Of a stretch of DNA of 62,233 bases, positions 44,440-54,600 are shown one piece after another. The stretch covers positions 1-62,233 of the IMG/VR virus record IMGVR_UViG_3300025030_000016, one strand, 5' to 3'. Made by a program: the position numbers and the translations under genes. The stretch comes from a virus. Its lineage: Duplodnaviria > Caudoviricetes. How positions within the stretch are numbered: position 1 is the stretch's first letter; each line of letters begins with the position of its first letter. The notes under the pieces are model-generated. The model did not search any database, was not told the origin of the DNA, and saw only the letters and a list, made by a program, of their open reading frames with translations.

Positions 44440-45363
44440 GTGAAAATAGCTGTACTTCATCATGCAGATGCCGACGGCTTCGGGGCAGCATTCGCTGCCC
44501 ACCACGCCCTCTCCGAGTCCCACGAGATGCTCTTCGAAGCCGTGCAGTACGGCGAGGAGCCTCCCTACCAGGACCTGAACGCCTTCGACCCCGACCAGAT
44601 CTACATCCTGGACTTCAGCTACAAGGCGCCGGTCCTGCGCGAACTTATGTACCAGTTCCCCGCCACCGTGGTGATCGACCACCACAAGAGCGCGGCGGAG
44701 GATCTGGTGGAATTCCCCGAAATCCAGGTCGCCGACTTCCACGAAGTGGAGGGCGGTCAAACGCCCATCTTCTCCGGAGTCAGGGTCTTCCAGGAGAACT
44801 CCGGCTGCGTCCTGGCCTGGCTCTTCTTCAACCCGAACGAGCCGATCCCCGAGATCCTGCATTACGTTCAGGACAGGGACCTCTGGAAGTTCGAACTGGA
44901 ACACTCCAAGGAGATCAACGCCTTCATCGCCACGATGCCGTGGACGTTCGAGGCGTGGCAGGATTTCTACATGCCACTGGCCTACGACGCAGGGAAGGCG
45001 ATCATCGCGTTCCGCGACAAGCAGATCGAGAAGCGGGTAGAGGCGGCTGAGTTGATCTCCTTCGACGAATCCGAAGTCTTCGTGGGCGGCGACATTTTTG
45101 GGCGGAAAGATGCACTGGGGGTACTCACCCGCATTCCCGTCGTCAACGCCTCCGAGAACATCTCGGAACTGGGCGAGGCGCTCTGCCACGCCTATCCCGA
45201 CGCCCCCTTCTCCATGTCCTACTGCGACTGCCCGGGCGGGCTGAGAAGCTACTCGCTCAGGTCCCGCAACGGCTTCGATGTTTCGGAGGTCGCCAAGGCA
45301 TTCGGGGGCGGAGGCCACAAGGCCAGCAGCGGGTTTACACTGAAAGCCCCGAGGGTCATCTGA
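44440..45363 (+). CDS. DHH/DHHA1 phosphoesterase
   Basis: DADG, LDF, IDHH, DRDLW, SLRS, GGGGH. Confidence 0.9.
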   Translation: MKIAVLHHADADGFGAAFAAHHALSESHEMLFEAVQYGEEPPYQDLNAFDPDQIYILDFSYKAPVLRELMYQFPATVVIDHHKSAAEDLVEFPEIQVADFHEVEGGQTPIFSGVRVFQENSGCVLAWLFFNPNEPIPEILHYVQDRDLWKFELEHSKEINAFIATMPWTFEAWQDFYMPLAYDAGKAIIAFRDKQIEKRVEAAELISFDESEVFVGGDIFGRKDALGVLTRIPVVNASENISELGEALCHAYPDAPFSMSYCDCPGGLRSYSLRSRNGFDVSEVAKAFGGGGHKASSGFTLKAPRVI

Positions 45364-45926
45364 TGCCTAAAGGTGAGTATCTAGCAGAAATAAACAGGCT
45401 GAGGGGTGAAGAGTTGCGCACTGCGCAGCTAATTAACTACAAGGTACTCGCCAATGGTTGCTGGGAGTGGCAAGGTGGCTCAGGTCAAGACGGGTATGGT
45501 AAGTTAAAACGCCACAAGAAAACACTCCGAGCTCATCGAGTGTTTTATGAGCACCACAAGGGCGAGGTACCTGAAGGTATGTGGGTGCTGCATGAGTGCG
45601 ACAACCCGCTATGCGTCAACCCAGCGCACCTATGGCTTGGAACGCAACTAGATAACGAACAGGACAAGGATAAGAAGAAGCGAAGACCGCCACCGGCACT
45701 GACAAAGTACATAGATCACTGCGGGCAGACTTTGACTGTTCGAGAGTGGGCTAAGTTTGCCGGAGTCAAGTACGAAGTGCTCCGGGATAGAGTCAGGCGC
45801 GGGTGGACGATGGAGAGGGCTCTGGCGCATCCGGCTGATAGGTCTGCGTCACAGCGCGCCAGCCAGATTGAACGGATCGCCGCAGGTACATTAGCAAAGA
45901 ACCACAAAGGCCGATATCAAAGTTAA
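45363..45926 (+). CDS. HNH endonuclease
   Basis: CWEW, AHRV, VLHECDNPLCVNPAHL..GT..DN. Confidence 0.9.
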   Translation: MPKGEYLAEINRLRGEELRTAQLINYKVLANGCWEWQGGSGQDGYGKLKRHKKTLRAHRVFYEHHKGEVPEGMWVLHECDNPLCVNPAHLWLGTQLDNEQDKDKKKRRPPPALTKYIDHCGQTLTVREWAKFAGVKYEVLRDRVRRGWTMERALAHPADRSASQRASQIERIAAGTLAKNHKGRYQS

Positions 45927-45937
45927 AGGAGAACCCA

Positions 45938-46273
45938 ATGTCCATACACGCAAGAACGCCACCCCAAGACGAAGAAAAATTCACCGGCCTGAAGGCGCTC
46001 CTTGAGCGCGCAGGCCTCTCCGTGGACGAGGTGGTGGGCCTCTTCGAGGTCTCCCGCGTCTCCATCTACGCCTGGATGAAAGACCACGGCCCGCAGCAGC
46101 CCCTGATCAGGTCCCGCGCCCTGCGCGTCATAGCCCTCCTTGAGAAAGTCGTCGCCTCCGGCGATCTCCCTCTGGTGGAGGTGGAGAAAAAGGACCGTCC
46201 GCAGGTCTTGAAGGCGGTCTTCAAGAAGCACCTGATGCAGCCCCCGAAACCCGCCCCGAGGGCGGAAGACTAG
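45938..46273 (+). CDS. HTH DNA-binding protein
   Basis: SVDEVVGLFEVSRVSIYAW; sits upstream of the primase. Confidence 0.7.
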   Translation: MSIHARTPPQDEEKFTGLKALLERAGLSVDEVVGLFEVSRVSIYAWMKDHGPQQPLIRSRALRVIALLEKVVASGDLPLVEVEKKDRPQVLKAVFKKHLMQPPKPAPRAED

Positions 46274-46291
46274 GAAAGGAGGATTCAAAAT

Positions 46292-46657
46292 GTGGATCAT
46301 TTAACGGTAGTAGCAATCGCAGCAGTCTGCCACGAGGCAAACCGCGCCCTTTGCGCTGGTCTCGGCGACTACAGCCAGCCTACATGGCCTGAGGCTCCGG
46401 AGTGGCAGGCGCAGAGCGCCGTCACAGGTGTAAAGTTCAACCTTGCCAACCCTGACGCTCCGGCCAGTGCTTCGCATGATTCGTGGCTCGCCGAGAAGGC
46501 GCGCGATGGCTGGAAATACGGCGAAGTGAAAGACCCTGAGAAGAAGGAGCACCCCTGCTTCGTCCCCTACGAGGCGCTGCCTAAAGCCCAACAGGCCAAG
46601 GACCACCTGTTCAAGGCAGTCGTGGCGGCGCTGGCCCCGCTCGTCGCGGAGGATTAA
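46292..46657 (+). CDS. Stand-alone RyR-domain protein
   Basis: HDSW..EK..DGWKYG..KD..KKEHPCFVPYEALP..QQAKD. Confidence 0.85.
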   Translation: MDHLTVVAIAAVCHEANRALCAGLGDYSQPTWPEAPEWQAQSAVTGVKFNLANPDAPASASHDSWLAEKARDGWKYGEVKDPEKKEHPCFVPYEALPKAQQAKDHLFKAVVAALAPLVAED

Positions 46658-46663
46658 AAGAAG

Positions 46664-46693
46664 TTGACACGGCTGCACCGCAGGGGGTAGCAT
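46664..46693 (+). promoter_or_regulatory. Promoter of the primase gene
   Basis: TTGACA-18-TAGCAT. Confidence 0.45.
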
Positions 46694-46741
46694 AATGCCC
46701 CCTGCCTTTTAATGTTTGTCTTTTCCGGAGGATTACCCCAC

Positions 46742-49597
46742 ATGGATTTTCTATCAAGGCTCCTCCCGACCGCGGGGCTTTATTGCACGGCCCGCCTCTT
46801 TCCCGGGGGCGGTTTCATCCACACCTTCCACTCATCCATCGCCGAAGCCGAGACGCACCTGAAGACCATGGACTCCCAGGGGCACACCATGTACCTGGCG
46901 CAGGCATCCTACTCCATGGAAGCCTACCAGAACTGGAGCGCCAACAAGGGGCTGGACCGCGGCGCCAAGCGCGCCGGCGAGCGCACCCAGCAAAACGCAG
47001 CATACCTCAGGAACTTCTTCATAGACATCGACTGCGGCGAGGAGAAGTTCGCCAAGGACCCGCACAAGGCGTACCCGAACCAGGTAGAGGCGACCAAGGA
47101 CCTGCGCCGCTTCGTGTCCGAGACAGGTTTCCCCTTCCCTGCTCTGGTCTCCTCAGGCCACGGCCTCTACGCCCACTGGACCATCTCGGAAGACATCCCC
47201 GCCCTGCAGTGGAAGGCTCTGGCCGACATCTTCAAGCAGGTGCTGGTCAAGCACAAGTTCCGGCAGGACCCCTCCAGAACCTCCGACTCCGCTTCGGTGC
47301 TGCGCCCTGTAGGGACGCACAACCGGAAGACCAGCGAGGTGAAGGACGTGAAGGTCCTGGTCGAGGGGACGGACATCTCGCTCGCCACCTGGATAAAGAT
47401 TCTGGAGGCAGCAGCTGCCGGTGCCAAGGTGATGGCCCCCGCCCTCGCCATCCCGTCGCAGTTTCGAGGCATCAACGACGAGTTCACGGCAGGGCTCGAA
47501 GGGCCTCCCGCCTCGGCCCTGAAGGTCGCCGCCAAGTGCGCCCAGATCGGCTGGATCAAGAGCACCAAGGGGGACGTCTCGGAGCCGTTGTGGTACGCGG
47601 CCATCGGCCTCCTGCGCTACTGCGTCGAGGGTCCGGAGCTGATCCACGAGTGGAGTACCGGCCACCCCGACTACTCGGTGGAGGTGACCGACAACAAGAT
47701 CCAGCACCACATCGACTCCGGCGTCGGCCCCACGACCTGCGCCAAGTTCGCCTCGGAGAACCGGCAGCTCTGCGTGGGCTGCCCCTCCGCCAACAAGGTC
47801 AAGAGTCCCATCGTCTTGGGCCGCCCCGAGATGGAGAACTCCGCCGTCGTCACTGAAGAGGAGGACTCGTTCCAGCCCTACGGCTACCGGCGCGCTCCGG
47901 ACGGGGTCTACTTCGACGCCGACGACGCAGCACCCCTCAGGATTTACCCCTACGACATCTACCCTACGCGCATCGCCATGGACCAGAGCTTAGGCTACGA
48001 GACCGTGACCATCCGGCACCAGTTGCCGGTCTCCGGCGACTATCGAGAGTTCACCCTGCGCAGTGCGCTTCTGCACGACCAAAAGACTATGCTCATGCAC
48101 CTGGCCGACAACCACGTCCAGGTGAGCGGAAAGGAGGAACGAATCCGGATGAACAGCTATCTGGACCAATACATGGCGAGACTCAGGAGCATGAAGAACA
48201 TGTCGACTCTGCACTCCCAGATGGGGTGGCGGGCCGACGGCCTGGATCAGGCCTTCGTTTTGGGCGAGAACACCTACAAAATTGACGGAACCACGGAGGT
48301 AACTGGATTTGCCAAGAACATACCTGAAGTCGCCAAAGCATTCCACCCCCAAGGGGACCTCGCAGAGTGGTCGGAAGCGACTGCGGCCCTGGGTCTCGCC
48401 GGCATGGAGCCGTTCGCGTTCGCGTTTCTCGCCGGCGCTTTCGGCGCACCGCTCATGCGGTTTACTGGCTATGCGGGTGCGGTCGTTGCACTTGTCGGCC
48501 ATACAGGCATCGGCAAGACTCTGGCGGGCGAGTGGATCTTGTCCACCTACGGCGACCCCCGCCAGCTCTCACTCCTCAAAAACGACACCGTCAACGCCCT
48601 GGTCTCCCGCCTGGGCCTCTATGGCTCTCTCCCTCTTTACCTCGATGAGGTGAGTAACATCGAGGGGCAGGAGCTCTCGGACCTTCTGTACCGCATCACC
48701 CAGGGAAGGGACAAGGCGCGCCTGGGGCGCGACTCCCGGGAGAAGGCGGTCCTTAACTCGTGGAACACCGTCGCAGTGGCGAGCTCCAACCACTCGCTGG
48801 TGGACAAGCTCTCCACGCTGAAGGCCGACTCCTCGGCCGAGATCAACAGGATCATGGAGGTCTGCTGCCGCCCGGTGTTGACCTTCGGCCGGAACGAGGC
48901 CACCGCCGTCTACCGCACCTTTCACCAGAACTACGGCACCGCGGGGCCGCTCTATGCGGCGTACCTTGCCGAGCACCAGGCCGAGCACCGGGACAAGCTG
49001 GACGCCATCACCAAGAAGATCGACGCCATGAGTAACGCCAGCGCCGACGAGAGGTTCTGGTCCGCCATGAGCGGGGTCGCCATCTACGGCGGCATGATCG
49101 CCAAGAGCCTGGGGTTGATCAAGTTCGAGGTGACACCTATCTTGGTGTGGCTGGTGGATCGCATCAAGGAGATGCAGGGCGAGAAGGCAGAGCTGGTATC
49201 CTCGCAGGTGGACGTCCTGGGCCAGTTCCTGGACGAGGCCGCAGCAGGCATCATGGTCACCTCCGGCGACGACACCAAGCTCTGCTCGGTGCTGCGCGAG
49301 CCCAGAGGTCCTCTGGTGGGCCGCATCATGGTGGAGAAGAACATACTCCTGATCTCCCGCCAGGCACTGAAGAAATACCTGGACAAGCACTACGGGAGCT
49401 ACACCGACCTGAAGAACGAGTTGCAGGATTTAGGCGCCCTGAAGAGCTCCGACACCCGCAGGGTCTTGGGTTCCGGCACTTACATCGCCGGGTCGCAGCA
49501 GCCGGTCTGGGTGGTCGATCTGAACTGCCCTGCTCTCGGGCGCAAGGTCCTGACGCTGGTGTCGGACATCAACGAGGGGAGAAGGAGAGCAGAATAA
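46742..49597 (+). CDS. Primase-helicase (AEP/RepB'-like primase, DUF927, P-loop)
   Basis: FIDID, SSGHGLYAHW, VLRPVGT, SEPLWY, Cys cluster, GHTGIGKT, LDE. Confidence 0.88.
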   Translation: MDFLSRLLPTAGLYCTARLFPGGGFIHTFHSSIAEAETHLKTMDSQGHTMYLAQASYSMEAYQNWSANKGLDRGAKRAGERTQQNAAYLRNFFIDIDCGEEKFAKDPHKAYPNQVEATKDLRRFVSETGFPFPALVSSGHGLYAHWTISEDIPALQWKALADIFKQVLVKHKFRQDPSRTSDSASVLRPVGTHNRKTSEVKDVKVLVEGTDISLATWIKILEAAAAGAKVMAPALAIPSQFRGINDEFTAGLEGPPASALKVAAKCAQIGWIKSTKGDVSEPLWYAAIGLLRYCVEGPELIHEWSTGHPDYSVEVTDNKIQHHIDSGVGPTTCAKFASENRQLCVGCPSANKVKSPIVLGRPEMENSAVVTEEEDSFQPYGYRRAPDGVYFDADDAAPLRIYPYDIYPTRIAMDQSLGYETVTIRHQLPVSGDYREFTLRSALLHDQKTMLMHLADNHVQVSGKEERIRMNSYLDQYMARLRSMKNMSTLHSQMGWRADGLDQAFVLGENTYKIDGTTEVTGFAKNIPEVAKAFHPQGDLAEWSEATAALGLAGMEPFAFAFLAGAFGAPLMRFTGYAGAVVALVGHTGIGKTLAGEWILSTYGDPRQLSLLKNDTVNALVSRLGLYGSLPLYLDEVSNIEGQELSDLLYRITQGRDKARLGRDSREKAVLNSWNTVAVASSNHSLVDKLSTLKADSSAEINRIMEVCCRPVLTFGRNEATAVYRTFHQNYGTAGPLYAAYLAEHQAEHRDKLDAITKKIDAMSNASADERFWSAMSGVAIYGGMIAKSLGLIKFEVTPILVWLVDRIKEMQGEKAELVSSQVDVLGQFLDEAAAGIMVTSGDDTKLCSVLREPRGPLVGRIMVEKNILLISRQALKKYLDKHYGSYTDLKNELQDLGALKSSDTRRVLGSGTYIAGSQQPVWVVDLNCPALGRKVLTLVSDINEGRRRAE

Positions 49598-49629
49598 GGT
49601 TGACAGCGTGTCAACCTTTGAGCTAGGAT
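49596..49629 (+). promoter_or_regulatory. Promoter whose -35 lies in a perfect 10-bp inverted repeat
   Basis: AAGGTTGACA-GCG-TGTCAACCTT; TTGACA-18-TAGGAT. Confidence 0.55.
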
Positions 49630-49634
49630 GCCGT

Positions 49635-50057
49635 ATGTCATTTAAACGCGATCCAAAATTTGATGAGGCTGCACGGATGTACGATGCCGGTATGTCCGTG
49701 CAGAACGTAGCTGATTTCTACGGTGTTACCAGACAGTCTATGTGGAAGAGCCTCAAGCGCAGGACGACGCTCCGCCCCCAACTACGGTTTGGCGCTGATA
49801 ATCACTTCACCCGAGAAGGCGTGACCCCTAAAGATAGAGCGCACAACCTCTGCGAGCAAGCGATGAAGAGGCGGGTAATCGTTGCCCAGCCCTGCGAGGT
49901 TTGCGGGTTCGCAGGTAAGGCTAAAGACGGGCGTAATCTTGTTCAGGCTCACCACGACGACTACAACAAACCCCTTGAAGTGCGCTGGCTCTGCCAGAAG
50001 CACCACCATGAGTGGCACAAGCACAATTTACCAATTCCATTTAGTGAGGGAGATTGA
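49635..50057 (+). CDS. HTH plus HNH-like Zn-finger protein
   Basis: GMSVQNVADFYGVTRQSMWKSL; CEVCG...AHHDDY.KPLEVRWLC..HH. Confidence 0.75.
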   Translation: MSFKRDPKFDEAARMYDAGMSVQNVADFYGVTRQSMWKSLKRRTTLRPQLRFGADNHFTREGVTPKDRAHNLCEQAMKRRVIVAQPCEVCGFAGKAKDGRNLVQAHHDDYNKPLEVRWLCQKHHHEWHKHNLPIPFSEGD

Positions 50058-51245
50058 ATGTGGATATTACCAAACCGACTCTTGTCTCAATATGCACAGG
50101 CTACGGGGGGCTGGAACTCGGCATCGAAAGAGCAATTGGCCGAAAGTGCCTCACACTCGCTGCATCAGAGATCGAAGCATGGGCCATCGAAAACCTGGTT
50201 GCGAAAATGGAAGCAGGGCTTCTGCCCCCGGCTCCAATCTGGAGCGATCTGCGAACCTTTCCGGCAAGACCATTTCACGGCTTGGTGGACATCCTGTGCG
50301 GCGGCTATCCTTGTCAGGATTTTTCGGCAGCAGGTAAGCGCGCCGGATTCGACGGGGAGAAGGGTAAGATCTGGGGGTATGTGCGTACTCTCGTTCGAGA
50401 CATGCAACCGCGATTCTGCTTTTTCGAAAATGTCTCCGGGCACATCTCGCTTGGACTCTCCACAGTCCTCAGCGACCTGGAAGAAGATGGTTACCGCACA
50501 GAGTGGGGAGTATTCTCAGCGGCTGAAGTCGGCGCGCCTCACCAGCGCAAACGGGTGTTCATCCTTGCGGCAAGAGCCGGGGTCGTACCCGACTCCGGCT
50601 GCCAGGGACTACAAGAACACTTCAGAGAACCCGGAACACAACGAGGCGAGGTGGGAACACTCCAGGGGCAAGACGCTGCCGGAGTTTGTGAAACATGGCC
50701 CTCACGCCCTGGAGAGCCGCAGCACTGGTGGGAGCCTCCAAGAACAGTGGCCCACAGCCACAAGCAACATGATGACGGGAGCGGGGACTGCGGGGCGGGA
50801 AGGCGGGATGAATTTGCAGACGAAAGTCTCGGGGAAGCTCAACCCCCGTTGGGTCGAGACTCTCATGGGACTTCCCGTAGGCTGGACCATGCCGAGCTGT
50901 TCAGCACCTGTGACAATCGAGTCGATGAACTGCGCCTGCTTGGAAACGGCGTCGTGCCTGCCACCGCTGAGAAGGCTTGGCGAGTTCTCTACGGGAGACT
51001 CGTGGGGAACTCGCCGAGTCACCACTAACGGCGGCAACGGGAACCCTGAGAGGTTCGACGACAAGAAGAGTCGGTTGGAGGATCAGGTTTACTGGCCCAC
51101 CATCCGCGCCTCGGATGCCGACCCTGGCATCACCGTAGGGCGGCTTGAAGGCGAACTTGGAGGCCGTCTCTACGACAAAGAGACTGGCAGGAACTGCCAG
51201 TACGGTCTGACTCAGCAGGTCCAGCTGGCAGGAGGCCTCGCATGA
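50058..51245 (+). CDS. Overlapping-frame beta chain of the C5-MTase (motif IX plus repeated PT modules)
   Basis: 395 codons open in the alternative frame; LNPRWVETLMGLPVGW; stop overlaps the NUDIX ATG. Confidence 0.75.
   Translation: MWILPNRLLSQYAQATGGWNSASKEQLAESASHSLHQRSKHGPSKTWLRKWKQGFCPRLQSGAICEPFRQDHFTAWWTSCAAAILVRIFRQQVSAPDSTGRRVRSGGMCVLSFETCNRDSAFSKMSPGTSRLDSPQSSATWKKMVTAQSGEYSQRLKSARLTSANGCSSLRQEPGSYPTPAARDYKNTSENPEHNEARWEHSRGKTLPEFVKHGPHALESRSTGGSLQEQWPTATSNMMTGAGTAGREGGMNLQTKVSGKLNPRWVETLMGLPVGWTMPSCSAPVTIESMNCACLETASCLPPLRRLGEFSTGDSWGTRRVTTNGGNGNPERFDDKKSRLEDQVYWPTIRASDADPGITVGRLEGELGGRLYDKETGRNCQYGLTQQVQLAGGLA
50060..51028 (+). CDS. C5-cytosine DNA methyltransferase, alpha chain (motifs I-VIII and X)
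   Basis: CTGYGG, GYPCQDFS, ENV, HQRKRVF, LGNGVV; motif IX absent; start GTG 50060 or TTG 50054. Confidence 0.88.
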   Translation: MDITKPTLVSICTGYGGLELGIERAIGRKCLTLAASEIEAWAIENLVAKMEAGLLPPAPIWSDLRTFPARPFHGLVDILCGGYPCQDFSAAGKRAGFDGEKGKIWGYVRTLVRDMQPRFCFFENVSGHISLGLSTVLSDLEEDGYRTEWGVFSAAEVGAPHQRKRVFILAARAGVVPDSGCQGLQEHFREPGTQRGEVGTLQGQDAAGVCETWPSRPGEPQHWWEPPRTVAHSHKQHDDGSGDCGAGRRDEFADESLGEAQPPLGRDSHGTSRRLDHAELFSTCDNRVDELRLLGNGVVPATAEKAWRVLYGRLVGNSPSHH

Positions 51246-51649
51246 TCCACTACGTCCTAGGCTTCGCCTTCACTGAAGACCGGCAGAAGGTGGTCCTGAT
51301 CAGGAAGAACAGAGGGCCGGTCGAACTGCACGACCTCCTGAACGGCGTCGGAGGCAAGATCGAGCCGCATGAAACGACTTACGACGCCATGAGCCGAGAG
51401 TTCGCCGAGGAGACGGGAGTTCAGGCGCTGGATTGGCGCTACCGCGGCTGCTTCTCAGGCCCGGGCTACAGCGTCAAGGTCTTCTCCGCCTTCAGCGACG
51501 AGATCCTGAAGGCCAGAACCGTGGAGGACGAGGAGGTGGAGATCGTCGATCTGCCTCAAGGGGTGCCGCAGCCCTGCCCCAACGTCCCGCTCCTGGTGGG
51601 ACTCTGCCTTAACCCGAGGGTTAAGCGATTCAGTTTTGAGGAGGAGTAG
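51242..51649 (+). CDS. NUDIX hydrolase
   Basis: GGKIEPHET...AMSREFAEETG Nudix box. Confidence 0.92.
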   Translation: MIHYVLGFAFTEDRQKVVLIRKNRGPVELHDLLNGVGGKIEPHETTYDAMSREFAEETGVQALDWRYRGCFSGPGYSVKVFSAFSDEILKARTVEDEEVEIVDLPQGVPQPCPNVPLLVGLCLNPRVKRFSFEEE

Positions 51650-51656
51650 GTTCGGC

Positions 51657-54600
51657 CTACTCCCCCCTCACCTTCTCCTGAATCAGTTTCTCCCGCTCCG
51701 TGAGTATGCCGGAGCGGGCTCTGATCCCCCGCTTCACCGCCTCCAGCAACTCCGACTGCGCGATCTTCATCTCGGGCTGCTTCTCCCCCCAGGCGTTGAT
51801 CGCCTCCAGAGCCTCCTCCCTCGCCTCGAAATCCCCCTCCATGGTTGCCTCGGTCATCCGGCGCACCAGAAGTGAGCGTCTCTGCCTGAGCTCCACGGTG
51901 AGCCCTGACATGGCGCGCCGCTCGTCCTGCGCCAGCGACACCTCAGTCGGGTTGATCCCCAGAAGCTGCAGGGCGATGCTGACCGGCGAGACGTCCTCCG
52001 GCTGGATCAGGGTGTTTCCTCCCGCACCCACGGCGCCCCGCTCCGTGAGGTTGTACGCCTTGGCGAAATCCTTGACGACCTTGGGGGAGGAGGCGGTGAC
52101 CGCCAGCCCCAGATCCCCGTCGCTCAGAGCATCTATGGCGCGCATGGAGTCGGAGGCGATGCCGAAAGCAGGACCCAGAACCCTCCCCGCATACCACTGA
52201 GCCTTCTGCGTGCCGGAGAGTCCCGGGGGCGGCTCTCCCGAGATCACGTTCGCCATGCCGCCCAGACCCACCCTCTTGGAGATGTCCGCGCCCAGCATGG
52301 CCGGGAGGCCCTTCAGGAAGGCGTTGCCGGCGGTGTCGCCGACCGCTTCCCGCACCATGTTCTCGAACTCCCGCTTGGGCTCCCATGGGTCGTCGGGGTC
52401 GCCGAAGGCTGCGGCAAGCCCCGCCCAGATCGCGCTGGTCACGGTGTTGGAGGCGAGGAGCGCCACGGGAGTCCCTGCGGCGCCTGCAAGCCCCATGCTC
52501 ATGCCGGTCATGTAGGCCAGCTCCTTGCGGGCCTCACCCCACCCCTTCTCGCCGTAGGCATCCTTGGCGAGCTGCACCATCTTGCCCAGCATGTGCAGCC
52601 TGAAGAACTGGAACTGCCCCAGGATGCGCCCCGTGTTGCCCCGCAGAAGCCCCGGCCGGTTCTGGCTGGAGAAGTCGGCCAGGGTGTCGTCGATGATGTT
52701 GGAGGCATAGTCGTTCGCCTCCATGAAGTCCTTGCCGTGGGAGAGCGCCAGCTGGAAGGAGGAGACCGCCGCCGCGCGCCGGGAACCTGTCTCCGACTTC
52801 TGCATGAAGAAGGCTCCCTTGTTCACTACGTCGTCCAGCATCTTCTGCCCGTCCGAGGCCCCGGTGATCAGGTCCTGCAAGGCGTGCGAGGAGGAGAGGT
52901 CCAGCATCCCCTGGAGTCCCAGGGTCTTCAGGATCAGGAGGCGCTTACCCTTGTCGTCGAAGCCGTTGTAGAGCGCCTGCATCGCCTTGCGAAGCCCTGC
53001 CTTCTCGGCGGGGAGGGCCTTGCGCTCCTGCTGGATCAGGTCGTAGAGCCGCTCGCCTGCATTCTCGTGCGCCACGTTGAACGCCTCGATCTTCTCGTCG
53101 GAGAATTCGCCGGCCAGATACCTCTTGGCCTCTTTCACATAGGCGCCGAACGCCTTGGTGACCCCGTAGCGCGCCGCCATCTTGGGGATGGTGGTCATGA
53201 AGGGCTGCGACCACTGCACCGCCCAGACCGAGGGGCTGGAGAGGTACCAGAGGAAGGTCGCCTTCCCCACAGCCTTGGTGAACTCGTTGACCTTCTCGGC
53301 GTTATGCTGCATCTCCAGACGGTACAGGTTGTCCTTCAGGCTGGACATCCTCTCCACGGCATGGGGTGACCAGTCGGCCGAGGGGTCCTGGTAGGCCTTG
53401 ATGCTGTTGTTCATGTCGCGGAAGCTCTGGTCGATCGCGGTGCCGTACTTCAGATTCGCAATCGCCCTAGCTGACTTGGCGACGTAGGTGGCGTAGGAGC
53501 GCAGCGCGTCGGTGGAGTAGCCCTCGACCCCCTCACGCTTCAGGGAGTGACCGGCCACCGAGTAGCGGGGCATGGTCTGAAGCCTGGCCGCCTTGAAGTC
53601 GTCCATGAGCGCGTCCAGTGCCTCTCCGGAGAGACCCCTCGCCTCGGCCGCCATCTTCATCTTCTCCAAGAAGGCCAGCGGGATGTTGGTGACGTTACGG
53701 TCCCCCTCGGTCTGAAGATCGTAGACCGGGAACACTCCGGCCTCGCCGCGGATGCGAGCCACGGCATCCATCGCCTGCTGCTTGGTCTCGAAGAACTCGG
53801 TCTTGACCCGCTTCTCGGAGTCGGCCTCAAGGGTGCGCACCACATGGTCGCCGAAGCGCATGAGGGGCGCGTAGTCCCCCTTCAGTTGCCCGCGGTCGGA
53901 GTTGATCATGGCGATCTGCTCCGCGAGGCTCATGGCGTCGGCGCCGTGCTTCTCGTACATCTTGCCGATGCCGTCGGCGTCCAGTTTCCATAACTGCTCG
54001 GAAAGCTGCTCCGCCAGGTCGAAAGCCTCGTCGCCGAAGGAGGCGCGCAGGGGTTCCAGCTGCGCCGCGCGGAACTGCTCGGAGAGGACTTTCATGTGGT
54101 CGATGATCTTCTGCTGCACCCGGCGCTGTTCAGGGTTGAGCTTCTTCCAGAGGGCTGCGATCTCGGCCCGGGCCTCGCCCAAGGTCTTGCCGGTCTGCTC
54201 CAGCTTCCCTGACTCTTTCCACGACGCCTCGGTCCAGCCAGCGTTCCTGCCGTCGGCGTGCTGCTCGTAGAGGGTCGCCTTCAGGGTCAGGTCGTCGAAC
54301 GCCTTATGCTCAGCGTCGGTCTTGAAGGCCTTCTCGAACTCCAGCCGGATGGTCTGCGCTCTTGTGGGGGGCTCGTCACCCGCCGCAGCCTTGGCCCGTT
54401 TCTGCCTGAGATAAGTCTCCAGGTGCGCCTTGATGGGGGCGTAGAGCGGCATGGACTGAGCCATGCGGATGGTCCGGTCCACTGGCATGACAGCGCGCCA
54501 GATGTTCCCCGAGAGGTCGGAGAGGACCCTCTTGGCGACCTGCCCGTCCAACTTTTTGGTGAAGGCGGTGAGCGCCTTGGGGTCAGAGAGAGTGCGAGCG

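Noticed and set aside
29419-51649. Lysogeny module
   Set aside because: No integrase, clear CI-type repressor or ParA/ParB recognised
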